From Eledone cirrhosa (taxonomy: Eukaryota), in NCBI GenBank assembly GCA_964016885.1, contig OZ024742.1:363506001-363570000 (forward strand): a stretch of DNA of 64,000 nt. Direction: 5' to 3'. How positions within the stretch are numbered: position 1 is the stretch's first letter; each line of letters begins with the position of its first letter. A program made the position numbers and the translations under genes. The notes beneath the pieces were generated by a model. It was not told the origin of the DNA and searched no databases. It saw nothing but the letters and a program-made list of their open reading frames with translations. This document shows, one piece after another, positions 27,182-40,233 of the stretch.

Positions 27182-30100
27182 ACAAACATACAACCACCAA
27201 CACAAACAACAAAAACATCCCGAACAAAACCCCACCTCCTGAAAACAAAATACCTACAACAAAACGAAAGCACACACAAGAACTACAGACAAAAACAAAC
27301 ACAACACAAGAAAATTACATTTACACTTACATAAACACTGAAAACAAAACACTAATGGAGACCATCACGAACGACCCTTCGGTGAAAACCGAAGGGAAAA
27401 CTTTCGCCCACTCTATTAAAAATAACAAAAAACTGAACCTAAAACTGATTAGGGTCCCTATACAAACTTATAGGTCCCTAAAAGAAACATTTGAGAAGGA
27501 TGTGGGGAATTCCTGCGTGAAGCCACTTAACCGCGTCCTTCTCAAATGTCTCCCCACCCCAGACACCCCCATCCCACCAGACCCCACCCCACCAATCATC
27601 TCCGTCCCCACCCCGCCGGAAACCACCACCCATCCAGACAACCCCTCCAACACCCCCATGGAAATCGTGCGGCCTGGTCCCCAGGAGACGAAGGGTGAGT
27701 GATCGCTTTTCCTCTTTTAACTTTTCAGCACCAACATGGCAAATATTAGAGCTGGATGTGTGAACGTACGCGGCCTGGGGATGCTCTGGAAACAGGGCAA
27801 ACTCATAAACGACCTCAGGTCGCACAGTATGGATGTGGTAGCCATTTGCGAGTCCAGGATCCACAGCGAGCGACAGCTGGCCCCCATCTTCGATGTCTTT
27901 GAGATCTACGCATCTCTCTGTCATCCGGAGGGTGGGGGCGGAGTTGCCGTTTCCTGCGGAAACACCTGAGCCTCGTAACACAGACGGTACATCTGGACCC
28001 GGAGGGTCGACTGGTGGTCCTAGACGTTGACGGTAGTGAAGGTGGAGCCTTCAGGCTGGTAGCCGCATATGCCCCATCGGGGACACCACGGCCAGACTTC
28101 TTCAAACGTCTAGAGACTTTTCTGGGAACGTCCCGCTCCTTGCCTTTAGTGGGGGACTGGAATGGAATCCTAGATGCACGTTGGGACTATGTGGGAGCAT
28201 GACCCGATAAAGGGGGGGGGGGGGGTGTAACAGCCTCAAACAGTTACTCAACCGATTTGACCTGGCCGATAGATATCGACTAGATTTTCCGACTGTGCCA
28301 CTGTGGACGTGGAGTAATCGTAGCGGAACATCTAGATCGTACCTAGATAGGGTTCTAGTTAAAAATAAGGATACGGACATGTTAAGCTGTCCACAAATGT
28401 TCAAGGTTGCCTATTCAGATCACAAACTAGTGACCTGCATGCCCAACCTTGATAGAACCCATGGACAAAGTCCCGGCTACTAGAAGCTGAACTTGTCGTT
28501 ATCGACAAGCAAAACCTACACTAGACGGATTAGCACTTTAGTTAAACAGCACTTGACAGGGGCCATTGTCAACAACAGATGGTGGTACTCTCTCAAGACG
28601 GCAGTTAGATTAGACTCGTTAGTTTTTAGTAAAGAATTAGCGTTAGATAGAAATAGAACCGAGAAGGAACTGGTATATAAAGTAGAAGAGGCAATTAGAA
28701 GTGGCAACGTAGCCAGCGTGCTAGACACGAGAACGGCCTTGGACCAGTTCTTCGACGCAAAGCACGAGGGCTGTGTTGTCAGAAGCAAAATACGTGCTCT
28801 GGGAAACGAGGGAGCCAAAGCTGTTAGCTGGGCCCGAGTGACGGAGACAAAGAGTGGCAACAAGTCCACGATTCGGTCTTTGAAGGACCAAAACGGACGC
28901 GTGATACGTGAGCCGAAGCAGATGTGTGCGGCCTTTCAGCGGCACTTTGCTCAACTGTTCGGGCGGGGCGGGGCGCCGGGAGGGGCTATGGATTTAGGTC
29001 CATACCTCGACGGCCTACCGTGACTCTCGGACAGCGAGGCAAAGTTCTGCGAAAAGTCGATTTCAGCCGCTGAGATAGGGGACGCGCTGAGCCAATGGGG
29101 CAAACGCAAATCTCCAGGTCTCGACGGTCTACCCTACAAATTTTACGTAGCAATGCCGGACTTATTCTCCGGTCTCCTGGAAGCGGTCTACTGCAACTGG
29201 CAACAGAACGGGAGAGTTCCCAGTTCTGTAACCGGGGGCGTAGTCACACTAATCAGGAAGGACGAGAATAAGGGGGATGGCATAGGCAACTTCCGGCCCA
29301 TAACCCTGCTAAACACAGAGTTACAGATTTTGGCCAAGATGTTGGCAAAGAGGCTGGCGCTTGTCGTCGAGAACCTGGTGGAAGAAGCGCAGACATGCGC
29401 AATCCCGACCAGGTCCATATACGACAAACTCCATTTCATGCGATACATCATAGAGAGGGTAGGGTGTAAACCCGGCTTCGGTGGGGCCCTGATCAACTTG
29501 GATCAGTCTAAGGCTTTCGATAGGGTTGACCATTGTTACCTGGATGCGGTGCTCGAGGCGGCAGGCTTCGGACCCGTGTTCAGGGGCTGGATTGCTGCAA
29601 TGCACAACAGCAACATCTGCTCAAGGGTCAAGGTGAACGGCTACCTCTCGGAGCCGTTCCATATTACGCGATCCATTTGACAGGGATGCCCTCTCTCCTT
29701 CCTTCTGTACGTACTGACTCTCGAGTCACTACTGCGGAAGCTGGAGCTATTCTAGGGCATCCCTCTGGAACCGGGACTGCGGAAAGCGACGTCGGCCTAC
29801 GCCGACGACGTGACAGTAATGGTGTCGAGCGCCTCGCAAATCGAGGAAGTCGGCACCTTACTCATGGAATACGAAAATTTCACAGGAGCGAAGCTGAACC
29901 GGGACAAGTCCATCGGTTTGCAACTCGGATCGTGGAGAGGCAAACCGATGCCTTCCGATGGCGTCGTCGGACGCTGGACGGAAGGACCGGTAAAGCTGCT
30001 CGGAGTCTGGTTTGGTCTGGACCTCCAGGTGGAGAAGAACTGGAACGAAGTGACGGCCAAGGTGTTTGCACTCACCCAGAAGTGGGCCGAGTGCAAACTA

Positions 30101-31418
30101 TCCTTGAAAGGTCGAGCGGAGGTGGCGAACACTTTTATAGCGTCCGCCATCTACTACCGCTTGACCGTCGTGCCTTGTCCAGCCAAAATGCTCGCCAAAA
30201 TGGAACGCGCGCTCTTCCAATTCCTTTGGAAGAGGCGGGCTCTTTTGGTGAGAAGATCCATCTGCTGCCAACACCCTTTCTAACGGAAGGCTGGGAATGC
30301 CGGGGTTGACGATGCGCAAACATGCGCTCAGGCTGCGGCATCTCTATGTATTCCTCACCGGACAACCGGTGTGGGCCCCGTTCGTGAGGCGAGCCTTCCC
30401 ACGACTCGTCTCGCTGACCGAGCTGCAGTCCTGGGTCCAGCAAAGACCGAGGAAAATGGGCGACTGGCACATCGAATGTGCTCAGGCGCTCACAGCCCTC
30501 TGGCAAGCGGACCCGGCGATCAGTGGAGACTCCACTTCGTCATTCTATAGAGGGTTGATCCGCAGCAAGAGCGACGACTCGCTCGGTGAAACTCTAGGCG
30601 TAGAGGAAGATGAACTGGCCAGTCTGTTCGGTAGGACCTTCCGCCCGGGACCGATGGACAACTTCCAAGTGTCCCTGGCCTGGCAGTGCTACCGAGGAGC
30701 TCTACCAGTTCGAGACAATCTCTACAGACATGGGCGCCCGGGCAGGGACCCTGCAAAAAAGATCTGTCTGAGGTGCTTGCGAGACGAAGAAACCGTCGCG
30801 CACGCATTCATACACTGCCCGGGCGTCACTGACCTGTGGGGCTATGTAGAACGACTATTGTCGCGGGTGGAACCAATCCGGTTGACCACCGAGTCCATTG
30901 TCATGATCAAACCGCCACCCTCCTTCAAAAACGAAGGAGAGGCGGTTTTCCTTTGTGTGATAGCTATGTCGAAAGAGGTTGTATGGTGGACAAGGATGAA
31001 AGGGCTGAGGTCAGACACATTTCTCTCCGGCCAACAACTGATTCTTTTTTTCAAATATCACTTTGGAAGAAGAATCAGGATGGAGAGAGAGGTGCTGTAC
31101 CCCAGAAAGTTTTATGAAAGGTGGGTGAAAGTGGCGAGAATGGCCCGAGTGAATGGGCCTTCTCTCTATATCAGCCTGTAGGTTGAGGAAAAGGAGGAGG
31201 AGAGGAAAGGAGTACAAACTCTTCGTACTCCTGGAGATGAGGGTTGCACATTTTTTCGGGGGTATGTGTTACCCATATAAACTGTCTCCCCTATTGGGGA
31301 AAATCGACTAACTTTTTAAATTGCATTTGTGATAACATTTTACACGTTTTTATTGTATGTAAACGTCCCCCTTTGTATTTGTCCCCTTCTTTTGTGCTCC
31401 TGTGGCTAATAAAGAAAT
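27182..31418 (+). mobile_element. Tx1/L1-like LINE, 5'-truncated in ORF1, with disrupted ORF2 (APE-RT-CCHC)
   Basis: ORF1 ends at 27702. ORF2 starts at 27736 with APE motifs NVRGL, AYAP, GDWN, YLDR, SDH, RT motifs RPITLLN, LDQSKAFDRV, QGCPLS, YADD, and C-terminal CLRC...HAFIHC. It ends AATAAAGAAAT and is flanked by (ATCT)n on both sides. A second 3' end follows at 31435-31526. Confidence 0.92.
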
Positions 31419-31911
31419 ATATCTATCTATCTATTGTATTAATAGTTTTATTTTCATATACCTGTATGTAAACTCCCCATTTGTATTTGTCCCCTTCTTT
31501 TTTGCCCTTGTGGCTAATAAAGAAATTTCTCTCTCTCTCTCTATATATATATATATAAATATTACATTGTACAAAACTTTTAGCTTACTAAACATGATAA
31601 GGTAAGCGTGAATCTGTTCCTCTAATAAAGTATCGTCTTCAGGGCCATTAAGTTCATTATTGATTCCACATAGAAAAACTGCACACTAACTGCAGTTCTT
31701 ACATTCTCCCGTGATCTCGTAGTCCACACATACACCTGTGAAATATTAAGCCCATCCCTGTTCCTGTTGATGTGATGTCACACTTTCATTGTACTCTGCA
31801 AATATATTTCATATTCTTCACAGGCGAGAATATATGGTTTTCTCATTTGTGTAAATGAGGTGATTAATCTCATTTGCATATGAAGCTGTATAATTTGGCT
31901 TAACTAATAAT

Positions 31912-32195
31912 AGAATAGAATTATGATTCAGCTTCGGGCATAGTTGTATACAGATAAGTATTGGAATTTCGTATTTGGGAGGTATCGTGCTGATGGGAAC
32001 CAGTTCATTTCGAAATGCGCATCCACGATTGTCCCCATTGCTTCTGCTGGACACCGCCAAACGGCGTTAGTCGCTGTTGTTTTGGAATAGCTACGGCTCT
32101 GTAAATGTTTATTTTAAACATACTGTATTTCTTCTGAAATTCCAATACATGTCTGTAATCAACTATGCCCGAAGCTAAATTGTAATTCTATTATA
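31912..32195 (+). mobile_element. Small PLE-type terminus with HHR (31984-32029) between inverted repeats
   Basis: atcgtg-CTGATGG-gaa..ttc-GAAA-tgcgca-TC-cacgat: perfect 6-bp helix I with an A9G change. 31915-31970 is inverted at 32136-32193. Confidence 0.7.
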
Positions 32196-33116
32196 TATAT
32201 ACATGTTTATGTGTGTATATATACATTTGCAGCTGGTTCGACACACCAATAAGTATGACAACTATCGATGTTTTAAATCCACTCACATTCATTCTAATGA
32301 GTTCAGTTCAGTGGACCCTGAAGTTATTCCCGACCAAAGATGGTGGTTTTCTTAAGGATTCATCTCAGCACCATCCCTTATATCCTGTAACTATAAATTC
32401 ATTTCAGCTTCGACTATTCAACATTTTCGTTACACACCAATAATCGAACCATGTCGGTTGACAGATTTGTCGTCCAGGGTATCACCCTAAATTCCCATGC
32501 AACATACGTTTCGGTTACACGTGTTTGCAGATTTCACAACAATTTGCAGGTAAATTTCCTAAGCAGACTGTTCCATTGTTCGAACAACTGGAAAACCGAC
32601 AGATGACCAACGTTTAATCTCAACTTGGACAGATTTATCAGTCATTACCTGATATTTTAGCTTTCTTTTTTATCTTATCTTTTCATCTCGGCAAAAGATA
32701 GAGACGGGAGACTAAAATAATGAGTATTGTCCTGGTCTTAATCAAAACTTACACCTCCAATACTTTCATGCTGGAACCATTATTTACAGAGTTAAAATGT
32801 TTCACTAATCTTTCAGTGTTTGACCCGTTTGTATCAATAGATCATGACCAGTCTGGAACACCGACATGATTCAACCGTTAAGTTACAGGACGTAATAAAG
32901 ACACATGTAAATACTGACACGGACCTACATATACACACATTAAAACAGGCTTCTCTATTTGCCGCCTAAAAAGATTTCATTTAGGAGTCGTTGGCAAACC
33001 CCAAAATAAAAACAACACTTTTTCAGGGTACCGGGTTGAGGGACTGTACCCATGACGATATCATTAGAATGTAAATTCCTTAACGATACAAGCACATTAT
33101 GTTATTATTATTATTA

Positions 33117-33497
33117 AGGGTGGAGAAAGAAGTACTGCCACCCAGTACATTGGCTAAATGTTTGATGAATGTGGCGAGAATGGCCCGTGTGAATGGGCCT
33201 ACTCTGACCATGCGCCTATATGCTAGCTAACTTGAAGAGAGGGGTTCTCTTCCTGGGTTCCCTATAAGCGCAGGGTGATTCAGGATCGGTGGGGTACCTG
33301 AGTCACCCTAGGTCGTCCACCCCCTACAGGGGAATTTATTTTGTTATGTTTATGCATAGTTTATTTTATATTTTTATATCTTCATTGTTAAATTAGTTTT
33401 GCCATTGTGCACTTTTAATCGACGTTATTGTAAACCCCCACTGTCCCTGTCTTTGTATTGTCCCCTACATGTCGGCCCTTGTTGTCAATAAATGAAA
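33117..33497 (+). mobile_element. Tx1-like LINE 3' stub in (ATT)n
   Basis: Encodes the ORF2 end NVARMARVNGPTL plus a 3' UTR ending aataaatgaa. (att)n lies on both sides. Confidence 0.85.
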
Positions 33498-33539
33498 TTA
33501 TTATTATTATTATTATCATTTTTATTATCTTTCATTATT

Positions 33540-34330
33540 GTTTCTGAGATATATGCCGTGTGTCTTCCTGACACCTAGGGCAAATAAATTCAGTGTGCAT
33601 TGGTAAGCCAGTTAATACAGCACATTGATTATAATAAAAAAAAAAACAGTATACATATATACACATGTGCATATGCATATGTAAATACAAGGAGGGATAT
33701 CCATCTTACAGAGATAGTGCTCTTCTCAATACGTGTGCAGTACCAGTCAAAACAATTTTTTGCACCTCGTGCAGAGAGGGTAAACCAGGAATCATTCGCA
33801 AATATTGTTCTGTTACTTTCTTGATCATTCCGAGTCCTTCCACAATCACTGGTATTGTAACGGCCTTGAGGTGCCACATTTTCTCAATTTCAATTAGCAG
33901 ATCTTTATATTGTCGTAGCTTGTCAAATTCTTTTGCCGCGATATTATGATCACATGGGATGCTCATATCTATCAATAAACAGACCTTGTTATGTTGATCT
34001 TTTACATTGATGTCAGGTCTATTTGCTTTGGTCTATGTACAGGTCTATGTACAGGAAAGTCCCAGACAATTGCTACTCTTTCTCCTTCAGGTACAGCCTC
34101 AGGGTGATGATTGTACCACTTGTCTTCGGCTTTGATTTTGTAATGCCGACATATTACACAGTGTAGATATTGGCCAACACTGTCATGTCTATATTTGTAT
34201 TCTACTGGTGCTAAAACTTTACATCCAGAGACTAAGTGATCCACTGTTTCAACCTCAGCATTGCATAATCGGCACTTTGAGTTTGTTCCGTTTCTCATCA
34301 CATTGGCCAGGTAATTACGAGTCAATAAGT
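33540..34330 (-). mobile_element. R4/Dong-like RLE LINE 3' fragment (second family)
   Basis: CRLCNAEVETVDHLVSGC, RHD, IDMSIP and KLRQYKDL...PVIVEGLG. Bounded by (att)n. Confidence 0.85.
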
Positions 34331-34363
34331 TTGATTATTATTATTAATATTATTATTATTATT

Positions 34364-34655
34364 GTTCTTTGAGTCTCAGTCATTGATGTTAGTTAACTGG
34401 AAAGTTTGTTGAAATGAATATCAAGCCACTACCTGCAGCCTCAGATATTCAGGACGTATCGGAGGGTTCTTGCTGTTCCCAGCAAGCATGCCTTTTGAAG
34501 CGTTCCAAAAAGCGTGAAGAGGCCAATTTTCTTTAACCATCCCTGGAAACTTTTTGAGATAGTACCTAGTGCGCCTATGACAATCGGGACCACTTTGACT
34601 TCATGGCAGTTCCAAATCCTTTTTACCTCCCACTTTAAGTCCTGGTATCGGTTAA
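34364..34655 (-). mobile_element. R4/Dong-like LINE 3' stub
   Basis: Near-identical to the 3' ends at 36055 and 40234, with a (TAA)n tail on its sense strand. Confidence 0.9.
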
Positions 34656-36039
34656 GGAAACTAGGGCCGAGTGGAAGCTGTCCATGAAAGGCCGGGCGGA
34701 GGTGGCGAATGCGTACATCGCATCCGTCATCTGCTACCGCCTCACCGTCGTCCCTTGCCCCGGTCCAACTCTCATTAAAATGGAGCGCCTCGTCTTCCGC
34801 TTTTTGTGGAAGGGACGCGCTCCCATGGTCAGACGATCCATCTGCTGTCAACACCCGTTGCATGGAGGACTGGGCGTGCCATGGCTGATGATGCGCAAAC
34901 ATGCGCTGAGGCTGCGACATCTCTGGTGCTTCCTTGACGGTGAACAGGTGTGGTCGCCGTTAGCCAGGCCCGTTTTCCCACAGCTCGTGTCCTTGACGGA
35001 GCTGCAGTCCTGGGTCAGAAAAAGACCGAGGGGTAGCGCTTGGATGCTGGAATGCCTCCAGGCGCTCACTACCCACTGCCAGTTGGGCACCAGTATCGGT
35101 GGAACATCCACCTCGGCGTTCTATAGAGGACTAGTGGAGGGGAAGAGCGACGACGTTCTCGGAGAGATCTTGGGCGTCGAACAAGATCAGCTGTTTGCTC
35201 TCTTCAGGAGAAATTTCAGCCCAGGGCCTATGGATAACTTCCAAAAATCCTTGGCCTGGCAGTGCTACCCTGGAGCGCTGCCGGTGTGAGATAAGCTCTA
35301 CAGGCACGGAAGTGCTGTCAGCCGAGCCTGTCTGAGATGCGCGCTGAGCGAGGAAACCGTCGTGAACGCACTCGTTCAGTGCCCGAGCATTGCTGACTTG
35401 TGGACATATGTCGAACAGTTGCTGTCGAGTGTAGGACAGACCCAGTTATCGACTGAGTCCATTGAGCAGATGGTCTCGTCGTCTTCCTTCGAGGAGGAAG
35501 GGCAAGCGGTTTTCATCTGCCTGGTGGCCATGGCAAAGAGATTGTGTGGTGGACAAGATTTGAAAGGGTTAAAGAAAGACACTTTCCTCTTCGGCGAATC
35601 CGTAATTAATTTTTTCAAGTTTCACTTGAAGAGGAAAATCAGGGTGGAGAGGCAAGTGCTGCTTTCTAGCAAGTTTGTTGAAAGGTGGGTGAATGTAGCG
35701 AGAATGGTCCGAGTGAACGGGACCGCTGTGAATATACGTCTGTAGTTTGAGAAATGGACAAATTGAGAGGGCGCTTGCCCCGGTGGTCAGGGTGGCCGTG
35801 GTCTTTTGTGTTGTTTTCGCCACGAGTAACCCTCGGAGGTTTCCCCCCCTATTGGGGAATTTTTCATTGTTTCAATTTTCATTTATTTTATATATATGTT
35901 CCTATGTCTTTTTTTTCTTTTCCTATATAAATAATACAAATATTTACACGCCCAAAACCCACATCGTACCGTCCTGTACCGTCCTGTGCCGTCTGTAATG
36001 TTTTTCTTGATGTCAGCCCTTGTGGCCAATAAAGAAATC
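34656..36039 (+). mobile_element. Tx1-like LINE, 5'-truncated
   Basis: ORFs 34684-35289 and 35362-35745 are homologous to 46238-47461. It ends aataaagaaatc followed by (att)n. Confidence 0.9.
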
Positions 36040-36054
36040 ATTATTATGATTATC

Positions 36055-39000
36055 GTTCTTTTAGTCTCAGTCATTGATGTTAGTTAACTGGAAAGTTTGT
36101 TGAAATGAATATCAAGACACTACCTGCAGCCTCAGATATTCAGGACGTATCGGAGAGGTCTTGCTGTTCCCAGCAAGCATGCCTTTTGAAGTGTTCCAAA
36201 AAGCGGGATGGGGCCAATTTTCTTTAACCATCCTTGGAAACTCTTTGTGATAGTACCTAGTGCGCCTATGACAATCGGGACCCCTTTGAATTCATGGCAG
36301 GTCCAAATCCTTTTTACCTCCCACTTTAAGTCCTGGTATCGGTTAATTTTCTCCCTATCCTTCTCTTGCACTCTCGAGTCGAATGGGCAAGCCACATCAA
36401 CAATCAGGCACGATCTTTTTTCCTTGTCCAAAACCACCAGGTCAGGTCTATTGTATTCCAGTTTCTTGTCCGTCTGTATCCTAAAATCCCACAGCACCTT
36501 CACCTGATCGTTTTCTATCACCGACTCTGACTTATGCTCATACCACTTCTCAGAATGTGGTAAATTGTTTACTTTGCATAGGTGCCAGTGGATCACCCAG
36601 CCCATCAAATCATGTCTCCAGCCTTTATAGTGCGTCTGGGCTAGGTGTTTACACTCGGATACAATGTGAGCCACAGTCTCCTCTCTCTCTCCACAGATCC
36701 TGCACAGTGGGCTAGCCTCCTCCTTGTAAATATGGTGTTTCAACCACTTCGTTTTGAGGGCCTGCTCTTGCGCAGCCATTAGCATTCCTTCTGTAGTCTT
36801 TTTAAGGTCTCCTCTTTTCAACCAGTTCCATGTCTGTGGATCTCTGAATTCAGTTTTCTCAAAGAAGGTATAATGAAGGGATTTTTCATGAAGGCTGCTC
36901 TTTCTCCTTGATGTTATTTCCTCCTTGGACATCCCCTGGTCTATTGTCCCCTCCTTCAGTACAGTTCTGAGCATTGACTCCCTACTGTTAGTCACGTATT
37001 TGTGTAGGTTATTTTTCTCCATCTGAACACAGTCCTCTATGCTGATAAGACCTCTTCCACCTTCAGATCTCCTTAAGTAGAGTCTATCGACATCACTCCT
37101 CTTGTAGAACATGTTGTAGATAGTCAATAGCTTCCTAGTCTTCCTATCCATTCATTTTTGTTCAGCAACATTCCATCTCAGAATTCCCGCACTGTACCTA
37201 ATAATAGACACAGCTAGGGAATTTACTGCACTTATGGCATTCCTAATGTTCAGACGTGATTTTAATACGCCCCTTACTCTCCGAATTTATTCAGATCTTA
37301 TCAATTTCTTCATTTTTTTGTTCTTGATGTCATCAGCCTCCAGAACACCCAAATACTTGTATCCTTCTTCAGTGTCAATTTCCTTTATCATCTCACCTGT
37401 TGGTACCTGGATTCCGTTGCTTCTGCTCAATTTACCCCTCTTCATCACAAGGACTCCACACTTACTAATACCAAATTGCATACATATATCATTGCAGAAA
37501 ATACGGACAGTGTGAACAGCACATCCAACTCCTTCTCACTCTTCCCGAAGAGCTTAAGATTGTCCATGAAGAGGAGGTGATTGATGGTAAGCTCTCCCTT
37601 TCCCAACTTGTATCCTGCTCTCACTTTTCGCAGTATAATGGTCAGGGGCATCAGGGCAAGGACAAACAACAGAGGGGACAGACTATCTCCCTGGAAGATA
37701 CCTCTCTTGATCTTCACGCCTCCCAAGGATTCTCCAGCTGATGTTAACTCTGTTTTCCAGAACTTCATACTTTTGCTCAACTGTCTGATGTTATCAGCCA
37801 CCTTGAAGATCTCTAGGCTTTTGGTGATCCAAGAATGAGGCACCATGTCAAATGCCTTTTTGTAGTCTATCCATCCCATAGCAAGACCAGTGTGTCTCCT
37901 CTTGCAATTCCTCATTACCATCTTATCAATAAGTAACTGGTCCTTTGTACCACGGAACTTCTTTCGGCATCCTTTCTGTTCGTCCGGTAACAAGTTGTTT
38001 GTGTGGAGGTGATGGTAGATTTCCTCAGACACAATGCTTGTCAACAGTTTCCACATTACCGACAGACATGTGATAGGTCTATAGTTGGTAACATCATTAT
38101 CCTTAGTTCGGTCTTTCATTACCAGAACTGTGGTACCTTTTGTCAACCACTCTGGTACCTCACCTGACATCAAGCAGTCATTGAACATGGTTGTCAGTTT
38201 CGGGTGGAGGTGTGTTATATTTTTAATCCAATACCCCTGCACACCATTTGGGCCTGGTGATTTCTAGTTGGTTAGTTTTTTGGCCTGCCCCTTAAGAGTT
38301 TCAACTGTGATACTCAAATCAGTGTGTTGGTGTGCCTGTTCACTAATCTCCTTTTGTACTGTCTCAATCCACACTGCCTGGTCATTATGTTTAACATTCT
38401 GCTCCCATATTCCTCTCCAGAATGTCTTAGTTTGTTCCGCCTCAGGGATCAAGTCGTTGCCTCTTTCTTTCCCTTCAAGCTGTCCAAACAACATCTTCTG
38501 GTTGTTGTCAAACATGCGGTTTTGGTTATACTGACTGACTCTGCTCTCGTATCGCCTAATTTTTGCACTCTATATAAAATGCGTTGCTTCAGTTCCTCTA
38601 TGATAATATTTAGCCTTTTCCTCCTAGTTTTGTACTTTATTTCCAGTCTATTTTTAGTTTCTATGTTTTTTAGTGTCCCATTCAGTAGGGACTCAAGCTT
38701 TCCAATGTCATTTCTCATTTCCCTGATTTGACCATTCAGTCGTTTCTTCCACCAAGGCTCTGATCTTTCTTGTTTGTTGTTTCCTCTCGCTTTTATGCCA
38801 AGTAATTTCCTCACCGCATTTGTTGTTGCTTTGAGGATATTGTTGCACTGGTGAAGGCTCCTCGCCTCAAGGTATGGGATGACTTTGTTTACCTTAGCTG
38901 TTGTTTCTTTTAACTTTTTCCTGTCTACAAATCTTAGGTTCATAGGTTTCCCACTATCATTGTTCATTTCATCTACCACTAAGTTTAGGATATCAACCAA

Positions 39001-39560
39001 ATCTCTCCTAGCTCGTCAGCATTCATTTCCTCAATGGCCGTATCTTTGTTCCAGGTATTATTTATTTCAGCATTCAGATCATTGTCTGATTCGGATGGTT
39101 CCTCCGTTCTCTCAACCTCTTCACCTTCATTTCCCACTGGCTCGTTTTCCTGGCATACTCCACTCTCCATTTCCAATCTAATCTCTCTGCTCAGTTCCTC
39201 CAGTTCCAGCTCGCTTATCCACCCATTAGTTCTTATTATCCGAGCCTGTCCGACCAATTTTTGTTCATCTAATTTAAATAGACCAATCTCGTTCCAGATG
39301 TTATACATCCGTTTCCTATAGCCTTTCTCCTTTGGGTTACTCTTCAGGTAACATTACATAACAGTTCTATTCATTTCTTTCGTCCAGTTGGTTCTGGTCC
39401 CTTTCCTTCTTCTTCTTCCTCCAACACCAGCAGTATTTGGATGACAGCCAGGTCCCTGCTGCTGGGCCAGCGAGCACCTGCTGGGTGAGAGTCTGTCACA
39501 TGACATTCCAGTCTGCACTTCACCGTTATTCGAACTGTTTAGATTCGAGATTTAAGCACT
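36055..39560 (-). mobile_element. Near full-length R4/Dong-like RLE LINE (single ORF, disrupted)
   Basis: N-terminal WTKEMN...GYRKRMYNIW. RT motifs YRPITCL, WIDYKKAFD, GIFQGDSLSP and FMDN (catalytic D lost). Zinc knuckle CRICGEREETVAHIVSEC, then RHD and RPDLVV...DVACP (RLE). Confidence 0.92.
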
Positions 39561-40182
39561 CATATCGAGGATTGGTGAATGTATGGTTTCATAACTACCG
39601 GTGATTTCATCACCCCATCCCCCAGTGATTTCATCACCCCCGGTGATTTTAGCGTTGCACCGTCACGCTGTAGACGAACATAAATAAACAAACAAACAAA
39701 TAGATAAAAACCTAAAAAAAAAAACCCAAAAACAACAGCAAAAACAAACACAAGTTTCATTGTAATGTTTGAGTGTCTAACAGCTTCCCTTTCCTTTTTC
39801 TCTCTCCCTTTTTTGTTTGTTTTTCTCCTTTGCGTTTTTCGCTTTACAAGGCCAGTAACATCGGTTACTGGTATTGTTGTTGCTGCTGCTGCTAAGGGAA
39901 GTAGGGGTTGTTGTGTTCAAAACTTTTGAAACCCGTGTCCGTTGTTGCGTTTGCCTCTGTCTGTGTTCTGTTCTATAATTTTTCGACTATAATTTTTTTC
40001 CCTTTCATCCCTACGTGGCCGACACCACAAAGCACCTGCAACACACCGGGACAATTGCTGGCCCCGTGCCAAAAGCAGAATCACTTATTATTATTATATT
40101 ATAGTTTAGATTTAACATTGCTTAAACTAAACATTTTGAGAGAGTTTAGTGATATAACAGCATAATTATTTTGGTGTTGTTG

Positions 40183-40233
<51 letters not shown>

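Noticed and set aside
39590-39660. Short triple repeat gtgatttcatcacccc upstream of the Dong-like ORF
   Set aside because: I cannot assign it to the LINE 5' UTR or to another element, and I found no partner terminus.
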